Assembly (NCBI RefSeq): GCF_035285525.1
Contig: NZ_JAYKGW010000084.1
Coordinates: forward strand, 1-11,363
Origin: Okeania sp.
Lineage (GTDB): Bacteria > Cyanobacteriota > Cyanobacteriia > Cyanobacteriales > Microcoleaceae
Length of the DNA: 11,363 nt
Direction of reading: 5' to 3'
Both the position numbers and the translations under genes were made by a program. Below are positions 5,513 to 11,363 of the stretch, piece by piece (position 1 is the first letter of the stretch; each line of letters starts with the position of its first letter). The notes below the pieces were generated by a model that saw only the letters and a list, made by a program, of their open reading frames with translations, made no database searches and had not been told where the DNA came from.

Positions 5513-5538
5513 GGAAGGAAGAAGGAAGAAGGAAGAAC
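5511..5538 (+). repeat. Heptamer tandem repeat (GAAGAAG-type, 4 units) overlapping the moeA stop codon
   Basis: The units are GAGGAAG GAAGAAG GAAGAAG GAAGAAC (5511-5538), and the moeA TGA is 5510-5512. The same purine heptamer family recurs at 7575-7609 and, inverted, at about 7915-7947. Confidence 0.8.
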
Positions 5539-5573
5539 AAGTAAGGGGAGTCTGGGACAGTTCAATAAAGCTA

Positions 5574-5805
5574 GGGGCGGGTTTTTCAGGGGTTTTGAGG
5601 AAATTGCCGAAATTTGACTAAACCCGCCCCTTAGAGGTATCATATACATCCGAGGGGTGGGGGCAGGTTTTTCAGGGGTTTTAAGGAAATTGCCGAAATT
5701 TGACTAAACCCGCCCCCTAGAGAGTGTCATATACATTCCAGGGGTGGGGGCGGGTTTTGAGCAATAATTGCTCTTTGTATCAAAGTTTTTGGTGAAACCC
5801 GCCCC
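5574..5805. repeat. Three tandem ~86-bp hairpin units (GGGGCGGGTTT ... AAACCCGCCCC) between convergent moeA and flv; possible bidirectional terminator array
   Basis: Stem pairs are 5574-5584/5620-5630, 5659-5670/5706-5717 (one mismatch) and 5746-5757/5795-5805. Units 1 and 2 are about 90% identical, including the loop and spacer. Unit 3 keeps the stem but has a different loop containing the palindrome GAGCAATAATTGCTC. Confidence 0.8.
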
Positions 5806-5821
5806 TACGGACTTTGTAACA

Positions 5822-7546
5822 TTAATAACGACTACCTGTTTTCCGGAAATGAACTGCTGTTACTCCATCATTCAAAAGTTCACCATTTTCTACCACGGCA
5901 TAAACTAACCAATGATCGCCACATTCCATTCGGTTTGCCACCTTACATTCCAAATAAGCTAGAGCATCCGTTAAAATAGGACAACCATTCTTAGCTTCCT
6001 TGGTTTCAACCCCAACAAAACGGTCTTCTCCCGGCGCAAAATTTTTGAGAAAAGACTTCTGTAAATCCTTCTTTTCCTCAGCTAATATATTCAATACAAA
6101 TTTATCCCCCGTGTGAGTCAAAGATTCCAACGCCCTATCTCTAGCAACAGCAACAGTAACTCCCGGAGGATTAAAAGTCGCCTGAGACACCCAAGAAGCT
6201 AACATAGCACTGGTGACATCTCCACGTTTAGCAGACATCACACACAAAGAACCCACAACCCTTCCCATAGCTTGAGCAGTGCGATCGCTTCCCGAACTAC
6301 TTCCAGAAGGTTTAGGAGCGCGACGTTTTTGTGACTTAATCAAAGCTTGAGCAAAATCAATACCAGTTTCCTTACAACTTTGAATCATTATATCATCTGG
6401 CTTAAACTTAACCCTAATGGGTTCAAAACCAAATTTATAACCCGCATCCTTTAACCTACTTGCCAAAAAATCTATAGCTTCACCACTCCAACCAAAGGAA
6501 CCAAATACTCCTGCTAATTTATCCTTAGAAGCTGTATTCAATACAATACCCAAAGCTGTTTGAATCTGAGTTGGTGCATGACCACCGAGAGTAGGGGAAC
6601 CAATAATAAACCCATCGCATTTTTCTATCGCTTCCTTAATTTCGTTAGATGTAGCAACTTCACAATTAATTGACTCTACAGCTACCCCCGCTTTAGTTAA
6701 ACCTCTGGCAATTGTTTGAGCTACAGTAGCTGTATTACCATAAGCTGACGCATAAAGCAAGGCTACATTCAAATCTCGCGAACCTTGTTCCTCACTCCAC
6801 TGTCGATACAGACTGTTTAACTCCAGCATTCCATAGCGTACTATAGGTCCGTGACCAGGAGCATAGAATTTCACAGTCAACTCAGAAATTTTGTCTAGGG
6901 TAGAAAGCACTTGTTTTGCCTGAGCTGCATGGAGACAGTCATAATAAAAGCGTCTATCCTCGCTATAGATACTCCATCCTTCATCAGCAACTTGGTCTCC
7001 ACAAACATGAGCGCCGAAAAATTTATCAGTATACAAAATTTCAGTTTTCGGATCATAAGTCACCAGACCATCTGGCCATTTAGGAGTGGGAGTGGTAATA
7101 AACTGCAATTTGTGGCCACCACCTAAGTCCAGAGTATCTTCTCCTTTAACTACCTTAATTTTCAATTCTTCGTCTTTAAAATAGTCTTTGAGGTTTAAAG
7201 CTGCGGGGTTTGAACAAACAAAAGTAATTTGAGGTGCTATGGCTAACAATGCTCTTAGGGTAGCTCCACGATTAGCATTGAAGTGACCCAGAATTACATA
7301 GTTAAGGCGATGCCAATCTAAGCGTAGTTGTAATGATTCTAAATAATTTTGAGTAAATGATTCGCCAGGGGGGTCGATAATTACTGTTTTTTCTGTTTGG
7401 ATGAGATAAGAATTAGCAGTAGTACCTTTTTGGAGAGAATATTCCACTTCAAATTTTAGTCTATCCCAAGTGCGAGACCGTAGTACTTTTGTATCTTGAC
7501 CAATTATGGCAACCTGAACATCTTTTTTTTTAGTGGTTTCTAGCAT
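5822..7546 (-). CDS. Flavodiiron protein (diflavin flavoprotein, cyanobacterial class C: metallo-beta-lactamase-like + flavodoxin-like + flavin-reductase domains); FlvA (Flv1/Flv2)-type by diiron-site residues
   Basis: 574-aa ORF. The N-terminal lactamase-like domain (TTANSYLI, DPPGESF) is followed by a flavodoxin-like block (ALLYASAYGNTATVAQTIARG, IIGSPTLGGH, FGSFGWSGEA) and a C-terminal flavin-reductase block (SAMLASWVSQATFNPPGVTVAV, GDHWLVYAVV). The canonical H-x-E-x-D-H is replaced by H-F-N-A-N-R (aa 88-93). Confidence 0.93.
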   Translation of the reverse strand: MLETTKKKDVQVAIIGQDTKVLRSRTWDRLKFEVEYSLQKGTTANSYLIQTEKTVIIDPPGESFTQNYLESLQLRLDWHRLNYVILGHFNANRGATLRALLAIAPQITFVCSNPAALNLKDYFKDEELKIKVVKGEDTLDLGGGHKLQFITTPTPKWPDGLVTYDPKTEILYTDKFFGAHVCGDQVADEGWSIYSEDRRFYYDCLHAAQAKQVLSTLDKISELTVKFYAPGHGPIVRYGMLELNSLYRQWSEEQGSRDLNVALLYASAYGNTATVAQTIARGLTKAGVAVESINCEVATSNEIKEAIEKCDGFIIGSPTLGGHAPTQIQTALGIVLNTASKDKLAGVFGSFGWSGEAIDFLASRLKDAGYKFGFEPIRVKFKPDDIMIQSCKETGIDFAQALIKSQKRRAPKPSGSSSGSDRTAQAMGRVVGSLCVMSAKRGDVTSAMLASWVSQATFNPPGVTVAVARDRALESLTHTGDKFVLNILAEEKKDLQKSFLKNFAPGEDRFVGVETKEAKNGCPILTDALAYLECKVANRMECGDHWLVYAVVENGELLNDGVTAVHFRKTGSRY

Positions 7547-7574
7547 AGTTATACCAATTTTATCAATGTTTGTT

Positions 7575-7609
7575 AAGGAAGGAATAAGGAAGGAGGAAGA
7601 AGGAAAAAT
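7575..7609 (+). repeat. Degenerate purine heptamer array (AAGGAAG GAATAAG GAAGGAG GAAGAAG GAAAAAT) in the flv 5' region
   Basis: It shows 7-nt periodicity by eye and lies 29 nt upstream of the flv ATG (7546), appearing as a CT-rich tract on the coding strand. Confidence 0.65.
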
Positions 7610-7864
7610 AGGGAAAAAGCAGAAAAATGATAGATAAAGCTATCTAAAATTAATTAGATATGCTATTTTCAAGCATATTTGATTGAGATATAGTTTTTTG
7701 TAGTATTCTTTTTTCACGCTTGGTATTAGTTATATAATTTATACAAAAAATTATAGACATTCTATCACGTTTTGGCGATCGCTTGATGAGAGTCAAAAGT
7801 AATCTTTAAGTAATTCGTCTACCATACAAAACTTTTCAGGTCAAGTTCATTTCAGTTATCAGTT

Positions 7865-7947
7865 ATATTATGTCCAGATCATCACTGATCAAAAAACCTT
7901 CTCCCTTTAAACATTTTTCTTCCTTCTGCCTTCTTTCTGCCTTCCTT
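7865..7947. repeat. Inverted, one-ended copy of the ATATTATGTCCG-TIR element (see 1421-1550)
   Basis: ATATTATGTCCAGATCATCACTGATCAAAAAACCTTCTCCCTTTAA (7865-7910) matches the reverse complement of 1504-1550 with about 4 differences. A different CT-rich repeat block follows (CCTTCTGCCTTCTTTCTGCCTTCCTT). No second TIR was found. Confidence 0.6.
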
Positions 7948-7979
7948 AAAAAACCGAGCTTCTAATGAAACTCGGTTCT
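7946..7979 (-). terminator. Candidate intrinsic terminator of the antitoxin-toxin operon
   Basis: The minus strand reads GAACCGAG-TTTCATTAGAAG-CTCGGTTTTTTAAGG. The 7-bp stem pairs 7952-7958 with 7971-7977 and is followed by a T-run, about 35 nt downstream of the toxin stop (8015). Confidence 0.45.
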
Positions 7980-8014
7980 GAAGTGATATTGGACTTAGTG
8001 GCGATCACTCTTAC

Positions 8015-8302
8015 CTACAAATCTAATAACCTTTTTCCATGAATAACTGCAGCAACTATTACCAGGTCCCCTCTAACTTTATAAAGGACCCGATAACTAT
8101 AAGCATAACCTTGTCGATAACCATTATCACCAAACTCTTCGACCACTTCTCCCTCTAAAGGATGTTGAATCAAATTTTTAGTGACATTAATTATCCTATG
8201 GACTACTGCCGCAGCATACGAAACAGAGTCACGCGCTATGTAGGAGGCGATCGCATCCACATCATCTATAGCTTTAGAAGACCAAACTACTTTATAACCC
8301 AT
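8015..8302 (-). CDS. parE: Type II toxin, RelE/ParE superfamily (ParE-like, 95 aa)
   Basis: MGYKVVWSSKAIDDVDAIASYIARDSVSYAAAVVHRIINVTKNLIQHPLEGEVVEEF...YRVLYKVRGDLVIVAAVIHGKRLL fits the ParE-type pattern (..v.ws..A..Dl..I..YIa.d....A......i......L...P..G..v.E......R.....YRiiY.v....v.i..viHg.R). It overlaps the upstream antitoxin gene by 16 nt. Confidence 0.85.
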   Translation of the reverse strand: MGYKVVWSSKAIDDVDAIASYIARDSVSYAAAVVHRIINVTKNLIQHPLEGEVVEEFGDNGYRQGYAYSYRVLYKVRGDLVIVAAVIHGKRLLDL

Positions 8303-8484
8303 TTACTCAAAAGCCCTTCAGCTTCTTCCTGTGTAATTTTTCTTTCTTTATCAGCTACTTCTAAACCATGAAGAACCTTTTCAATTACATATAAATGATA
8401 TTGAACATCTTCAAGGGAGCAATTATCTGGCAATTTACTTAATAGAGATTCTACTTTTTTCTTAGCGGTACTCATAAAGTTCAT
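8287..8484 (-). CDS. Cognate antitoxin of the ParE-like toxin (62-65 aa)
   Basis: (MNF)MSTAKKKVESLLSKLPDNCSLEDVQYHLYVIEKVLHGLEVADKERKITQEEAEGLLSKWVIK has the LPdd.slEDiqYhLYv.eKv..Gl.....g..isqEE.e.r..KW pattern I recall for antitoxins encoded upstream of ParE-like toxins in cyanobacteria. An alternative start is ATG 8475. The gene order and 16-nt overlap are typical of type II TA operons. Confidence 0.75.
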   Translation of the reverse strand: MNFMSTAKKKVESLLSKLPDNCSLEDVQYHLYVIEKVLHGLEVADKERKITQEEAEGLLSKWVIK

Positions 8485-8499
8485 ATTATTAAGTCACTG

Positions 8500-8568
8500 T
8501 TCCTAGGTGTACATGAGCCACTGGACAGCGACATCTGGTGTTTTGCATTTTCGCGCTTCCTAGGTATA
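8500..8568. promoter_or_regulatory. Direct repeat TTCCTAGGTrTA x2 (each with a palindromic CCTAGG core) upstream of the TA operon; candidate operator/promoter region
   Basis: TTCCTAGGTGTA (8500-8511) and TTCCTAGGTATA (8557-8568) are 57 bp apart, and the first lies 16 nt upstream of ATG 8484. Type II TA operons are usually autoregulated through repeats or palindromes in this position. This is positional inference only. Confidence 0.3.
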
Positions 8569-8888
8569 AAAAAGCGAAAAACACACTTCCTCCCAGAGGA
8601 ACCTTAAAAGTATTAATCATTTTTATTTTGAATTTTTTTATCTTGAAACCAATAAGTTTCATATAGTTCCTTTAAATTAGATGCTTTCATGTTCCAGCGC
8701 CTTTAGCAAAAAAAATAGTTCAGATTATCGCCGACCTTGGCTCTAGATAATAAAAAATAGGTAATATACCTACTAATAATATAACAATCTGATTAAACTT
8801 TTATAAAGAGAATACTATACTTTGAGTTTTTCAATACGAGTATAATTACTTATTGTTAATAATTTTTTACTCAATCATCTCTATTAAT

Positions 8889-9084
8889 TGTTGGGTTTCA
8901 CTATCGTTCAACCCAACTTACATTTTTAGGCATCTCAGTCTAGACGTAGGTTCGGTTAAGGAACGAAACCCAACATTAGTATGGTGCGTGTTGGGTTTCA
9001 CTATCGTTCAACCCAACTTACATTTTTAGGCATCTCAGTCTAGACGTAGGTTGGGTTAAAGAACGAAACCCAACATTAGTATGG
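8889..9084. repeat. Two tandem 100-bp units, each a composite palindrome of two inverted GTTGGGTT..AACCCAAC hairpin modules
   Basis: Unit A 8889-8984 and unit B 8989-9084 differ at 2 positions (8953 C vs 9053 G; 8960 G vs 9060 A) by manual alignment. In each unit the left module TGTTGGGTTTCACTATCGTTCAACCCAACTTACA is mirrored by CGTAGGTTGGGTTAAAGAACGAAACCCAACATTA. A related pair lies at 1886-1983. Confidence 0.85.
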
Positions 9085-9126
9085 AACAGGAAACAAGGAA
9101 CAGAAAAGAGATAACAGGAAGTTAAC
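9085..9126 (+). repeat. Heptamer array AACAGGA AACAAGG AACAGAA AAGAGAT AACAGGA AGTTAAC (STRR-like)
   Basis: It shows 7-nt periodicity read by eye and directly abuts the 100-bp tandem repeat, about 150 nt downstream of the thrS stop. Confidence 0.6.
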
Positions 9127-9278
9127 AGAATGTGTAATTAATTTTGCATAGGCACTTATATAACTTTTTAGGAATATTCACAAAGTTGCACTGTACTACT
9201 TGATGGCCAATGACTTAATTCTTAAATCAAAAGTTTCATGTTTTATCAAGAGCTTATCAAACAACTGAGCAAATAAAC

Positions 9279-11105
9279 CTAGAAATTTTCATAATTGGCG
9301 ATCGCCTCAGTTATTTTCTGAATTACTTCTACCACAGGAATACTTCCTAACTCACCAGCACTACGAGTCCGAATACTCAAACTATTCGACTCTACCTCCT
9401 TAGCGCCCACAACAGCCATCACAGGAATTTTTCCTTTCTCTGCATTCCGAATTAACTTACCCAAACGCTCATTACTTATATCGGCCTCAGCACGAATACC
9501 TACTTGAAGCATTTGTTCAGCAACCTCTTGAGCGAAAGGCAAAAATTCTGAATTAACTGGTAAAAGTTTAACCTGAGTTGGAGCCAACCACAAAGGAAAA
9601 TCTCCAGCATATTCCTCAATTAAAATTCCAATTAACCTTTCGAGGGAACCAAAAGGTGCCCGATGAATCATTATGGGACGTTTTCGACTGCCATCTTCTC
9701 CGACATATTCTAAATCAAATCGTTCCGGCAAATTATAATCTACCTGTACAGTACCCAACTGCCATTCTCGTTCCAAGGCATCCTGGAAAATAAAATCTAA
9801 TTTTGGACCATAAAATGCCGCTTCACCAATACCCTCAAAATGCTCCATACCCATTTTTTCTACAGCTCGACGAATTGCACTTTGAGCTTTTTCCCAAGCT
9901 TCATCAGAACCAATATACTTATCTAAATTAGGGTCACGGAAACTTAATCTGGCCCGAAAATTCTTTAGTTGTAGACTCTTAAAGACTGATAAAATTAAGT
10001 CAACCACATTCAGAAATTCTGCATCTAATTGTTCTGGAGTGACAAATAAGTGAGAATCATCTACTGTAAAACCACGAACCCTAGTTAAACCTCCCAATTC
10101 TCCTGATTGTTCATAACGGTAGACTGTCCCAAACTCGGCAAGTCTGATGGGCAACTCTCGATAAGAACGTAACTCATTTTTATAAATTTGGATATGGAAG
10201 GGACAGTTCATCGGTTTTAAAACAAAACCCTGTTCAATAGCTGCTGCTTCCTCATTTTCAGCCATCATTGGGAACATATCTTCTTTATATTTTTGCCAAT
10301 GTCCAGAGGTTTTAAATAAATCTGTTCTGGCAATATGGGGAGTAACTACAGGAGAATAACCCCGTTTCAGTTGTTCTTGTTTGAGAAAGTCTTCTAGTAA
10401 ATTTCTTAACATTGTACCTTTGGGAGTCCAGAGAGGTAGTCCCGGTCCAACAATGTCAGAAAAGAGAAATAGTCCTAATTCTTTACCAAGTTTGCGGTGG
10501 TCTCTTTTGAGAGCTTCTTCTTTGCGTCTTTTATATTCAGCTAGTTGTTCTGGAGTTTCCCAAGCAGTACCATAAATACGTTGTAATTGGGCTTTAGTTT
10601 CATCTCCACGCCAATAAGCACCTGCAACAGTTTCTAGTTCAATAGCTTTGGGATTAATTTGTTTGGTACGTTCAATATGAGGACCTGCACATAAATCCCA
10701 CCATTCTTGACCCAAATGATATATGGTAATTGGTTCTTCTAAACCTTCAAGAATTTCTAATTTATAAGGTTCTTTAATTTCTTCTATGCGACGTTTGGCT
10801 TCTTCCCGGCTAACTTCTTCTCTAATTACTGGTAGATCGCGGTTAATGATTTTGATCATCTCTTTTTTAATGGCTTTTAAATCTTTTTCTGTAAATGATT
10901 CTGGACTATCAAAGTCGTAGTAAAAGCCATTTTCAATCCATGGACCTATTGTTACTTGGGCCTTGGGAAATAATTTTTGGACGGCCATTGCCATAACATG
11001 GGATGTAGTATGACGAATTTTTTTGAGGGTTTCTGATTCGCTAGTGTGGGGTAAGTGGATTTTTTCTAGTTGTTCTGAAGAAGGATTAGATTCTGCGCTG
11101 GACAT
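9279..11105 (-). CDS. thrS: Threonine--tRNA ligase (ThrRS, 608 aa), with N2 editing domain but no N-terminal TGS domain
   Basis: It carries the editing-domain motifs RHTTSHVMAMAV and WWDLCAGPH, then RIYGTAW and KRDHRKLGKELGLF. Class II catalytic motifs are present (FRDPNLDKY.., GFTVDDSHLF, MIHRAPFGSLERLIG), followed by a C-terminal anticodon-binding domain (PVMAVVGAKEVE). Confidence 0.97.
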   Translation of the reverse strand: MSSAESNPSSEQLEKIHLPHTSESETLKKIRHTTSHVMAMAVQKLFPKAQVTIGPWIENGFYYDFDSPESFTEKDLKAIKKEMIKIINRDLPVIREEVSREEAKRRIEEIKEPYKLEILEGLEEPITIYHLGQEWWDLCAGPHIERTKQINPKAIELETVAGAYWRGDETKAQLQRIYGTAWETPEQLAEYKRRKEEALKRDHRKLGKELGLFLFSDIVGPGLPLWTPKGTMLRNLLEDFLKQEQLKRGYSPVVTPHIARTDLFKTSGHWQKYKEDMFPMMAENEEAAAIEQGFVLKPMNCPFHIQIYKNELRSYRELPIRLAEFGTVYRYEQSGELGGLTRVRGFTVDDSHLFVTPEQLDAEFLNVVDLILSVFKSLQLKNFRARLSFRDPNLDKYIGSDEAWEKAQSAIRRAVEKMGMEHFEGIGEAAFYGPKLDFIFQDALEREWQLGTVQVDYNLPERFDLEYVGEDGSRKRPIMIHRAPFGSLERLIGILIEEYAGDFPLWLAPTQVKLLPVNSEFLPFAQEVAEQMLQVGIRAEADISNERLGKLIRNAEKGKIPVMAVVGAKEVESNSLSIRTRSAGELGSIPVVEVIQKITEAIANYENF

Positions 11106-11304
11106 TGGCTGTTTATTTTGATGTTTTAATGTTAGTTATATATATTGTTACAAAGATATTAAAAGGAAGACTGAATTTTAGTTAGATTATCATAATTTAG
11201 GAATTTAAAGTTCACAAATATATTCTTATTAGTAGCAAAAGTGTCAATTTTTTTTTGACCAGCTTTTTTTGTGCCTCTGCTGTCTCTTTCAATTTACAAA
11301 TTAC

Positions 11305-11363
11305 TTATTCTTGTTCGGAATTAATTCCTGCGTTGACAGCAGTTGCTATAATCGCACTGGCTA
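11305..11363 (-). CDS. Possible 3' end of an unidentified gene running off the window
   Basis: The minus strand reads ...ASAIIATAVNAGINSEQE then TAA (11307-11305), open to the window edge. With only 19 codons, no family assignment is possible. Confidence 0.25.
   Translation of the reverse strand, partial: ASAIIATAVNAGINSEQE

Noticed and set aside
5461-5649. 62-aa minus-strand ORF
   Set aside because: It overlaps the moeA 3' end, the GAAGAAG heptamer array and the first GC hairpin. It is a low-complexity, repeat-derived translation.
5574-5805. CRISPR array interpretation of the tandem hairpin units (also considered for 8889-9084)
   Set aside because: There are only 2-3 units of 86-100 bp. 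The spacers are themselves conserved between units, the repeats are long palindromes with large loops, and there are no cas genes or leader. These are tandem MITE/REP-like elements.
6911-7126. 71-aa plus-strand ORF inside flv, and similar antisense ORFs at 8162-8371, 9578-9793 and 10381-10575
   Set aside because: All lie antisense within strongly supported genes (flv, parE/antitoxin, thrS) and show no family resemblance.
7810-7822. NtcA-like site GTA-N-TAC upstream of flv
   Set aside because: The spacing is N7 (GTAATTCGTCTAC), not the required N8, and no properly spaced -10 was identified.
8613-8690. 25-codon minus-strand ORF (MKASNLKELYETYWFQDKKIQNKND)
   Set aside because: It is too short, has no convincing RBS and no recognisable family. 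It cannot be supported from sequence alone.
11181-11200. Zur/Fur-type box in the thrS 5' region (ATTATCA / TGATAAT half-site)
   Set aside because: Only one 7-nt half-site matches the TGATAAT-N-ATTATCA palindrome as I recall it. The other half does not match, and such AT-rich heptamers are expected by chance in this sequence.
11217-11247. thrS promoter (TTGACA at 11247-11242 on the minus strand with an AT-rich -10 region 16-19 nt downstream)
   Set aside because: The -35 is perfect, but no good TATAAT hexamer sits at the correct spacing (AATATA, ATATAT and TATATT are the candidates). In such AT-rich DNA this is too weak to report as a feature.

Overview
This 11.4-kb window looks like chromosomal DNA from a filamentous, Nostocales-type cyanobacterium. 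The evidence is the AT-rich sequence, six perfect HIP1 octamers (GCGATCGC at 3424, 5293, 6281, 7775, 8247, 9298), heptameric STRR-like tandem repeats and several hairpin/MITE-like repeat families. All family names come from my memory of protein motifs, because no searches were possible.

Intact genes:
- ABHD14-like alpha/beta hydrolase (657-1259, -)
- DUF1802 protein (2052-2618, -)
- small cupin (3542-3811, +)
- MoeA molybdopterin molybdenumtransferase (4277-5512, +)
- three-domain flavodiiron protein with non-canonical diiron ligands (5822-7546, -)
- ParE/RelE-type toxin with its upstream antitoxin (8015-8484, -)
- threonyl-tRNA synthetase (9279-11105, -)

The most interesting content is in the accessory parts. 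Three small genes carry three different inactivating lesions:
- a Panacea/DUF4065 antitoxin-domain gene with TGG->TAG
- an antitoxin-like gene whose 1-nt frameshift fuses it artificially to the DUF1802 ORF
- a small tail-anchored membrane protein gene broken by a 7-bp tandem duplication

Nearly every intergenic region is filled with structured repeats, and at least five families recur within the window. I found no rRNA, tRNA, CRISPR array or transposase gene. I see no clearly novel multi-gene system. The best speculative lead is the antitoxin-like gene sitting 7 nt upstream of DUF1802.
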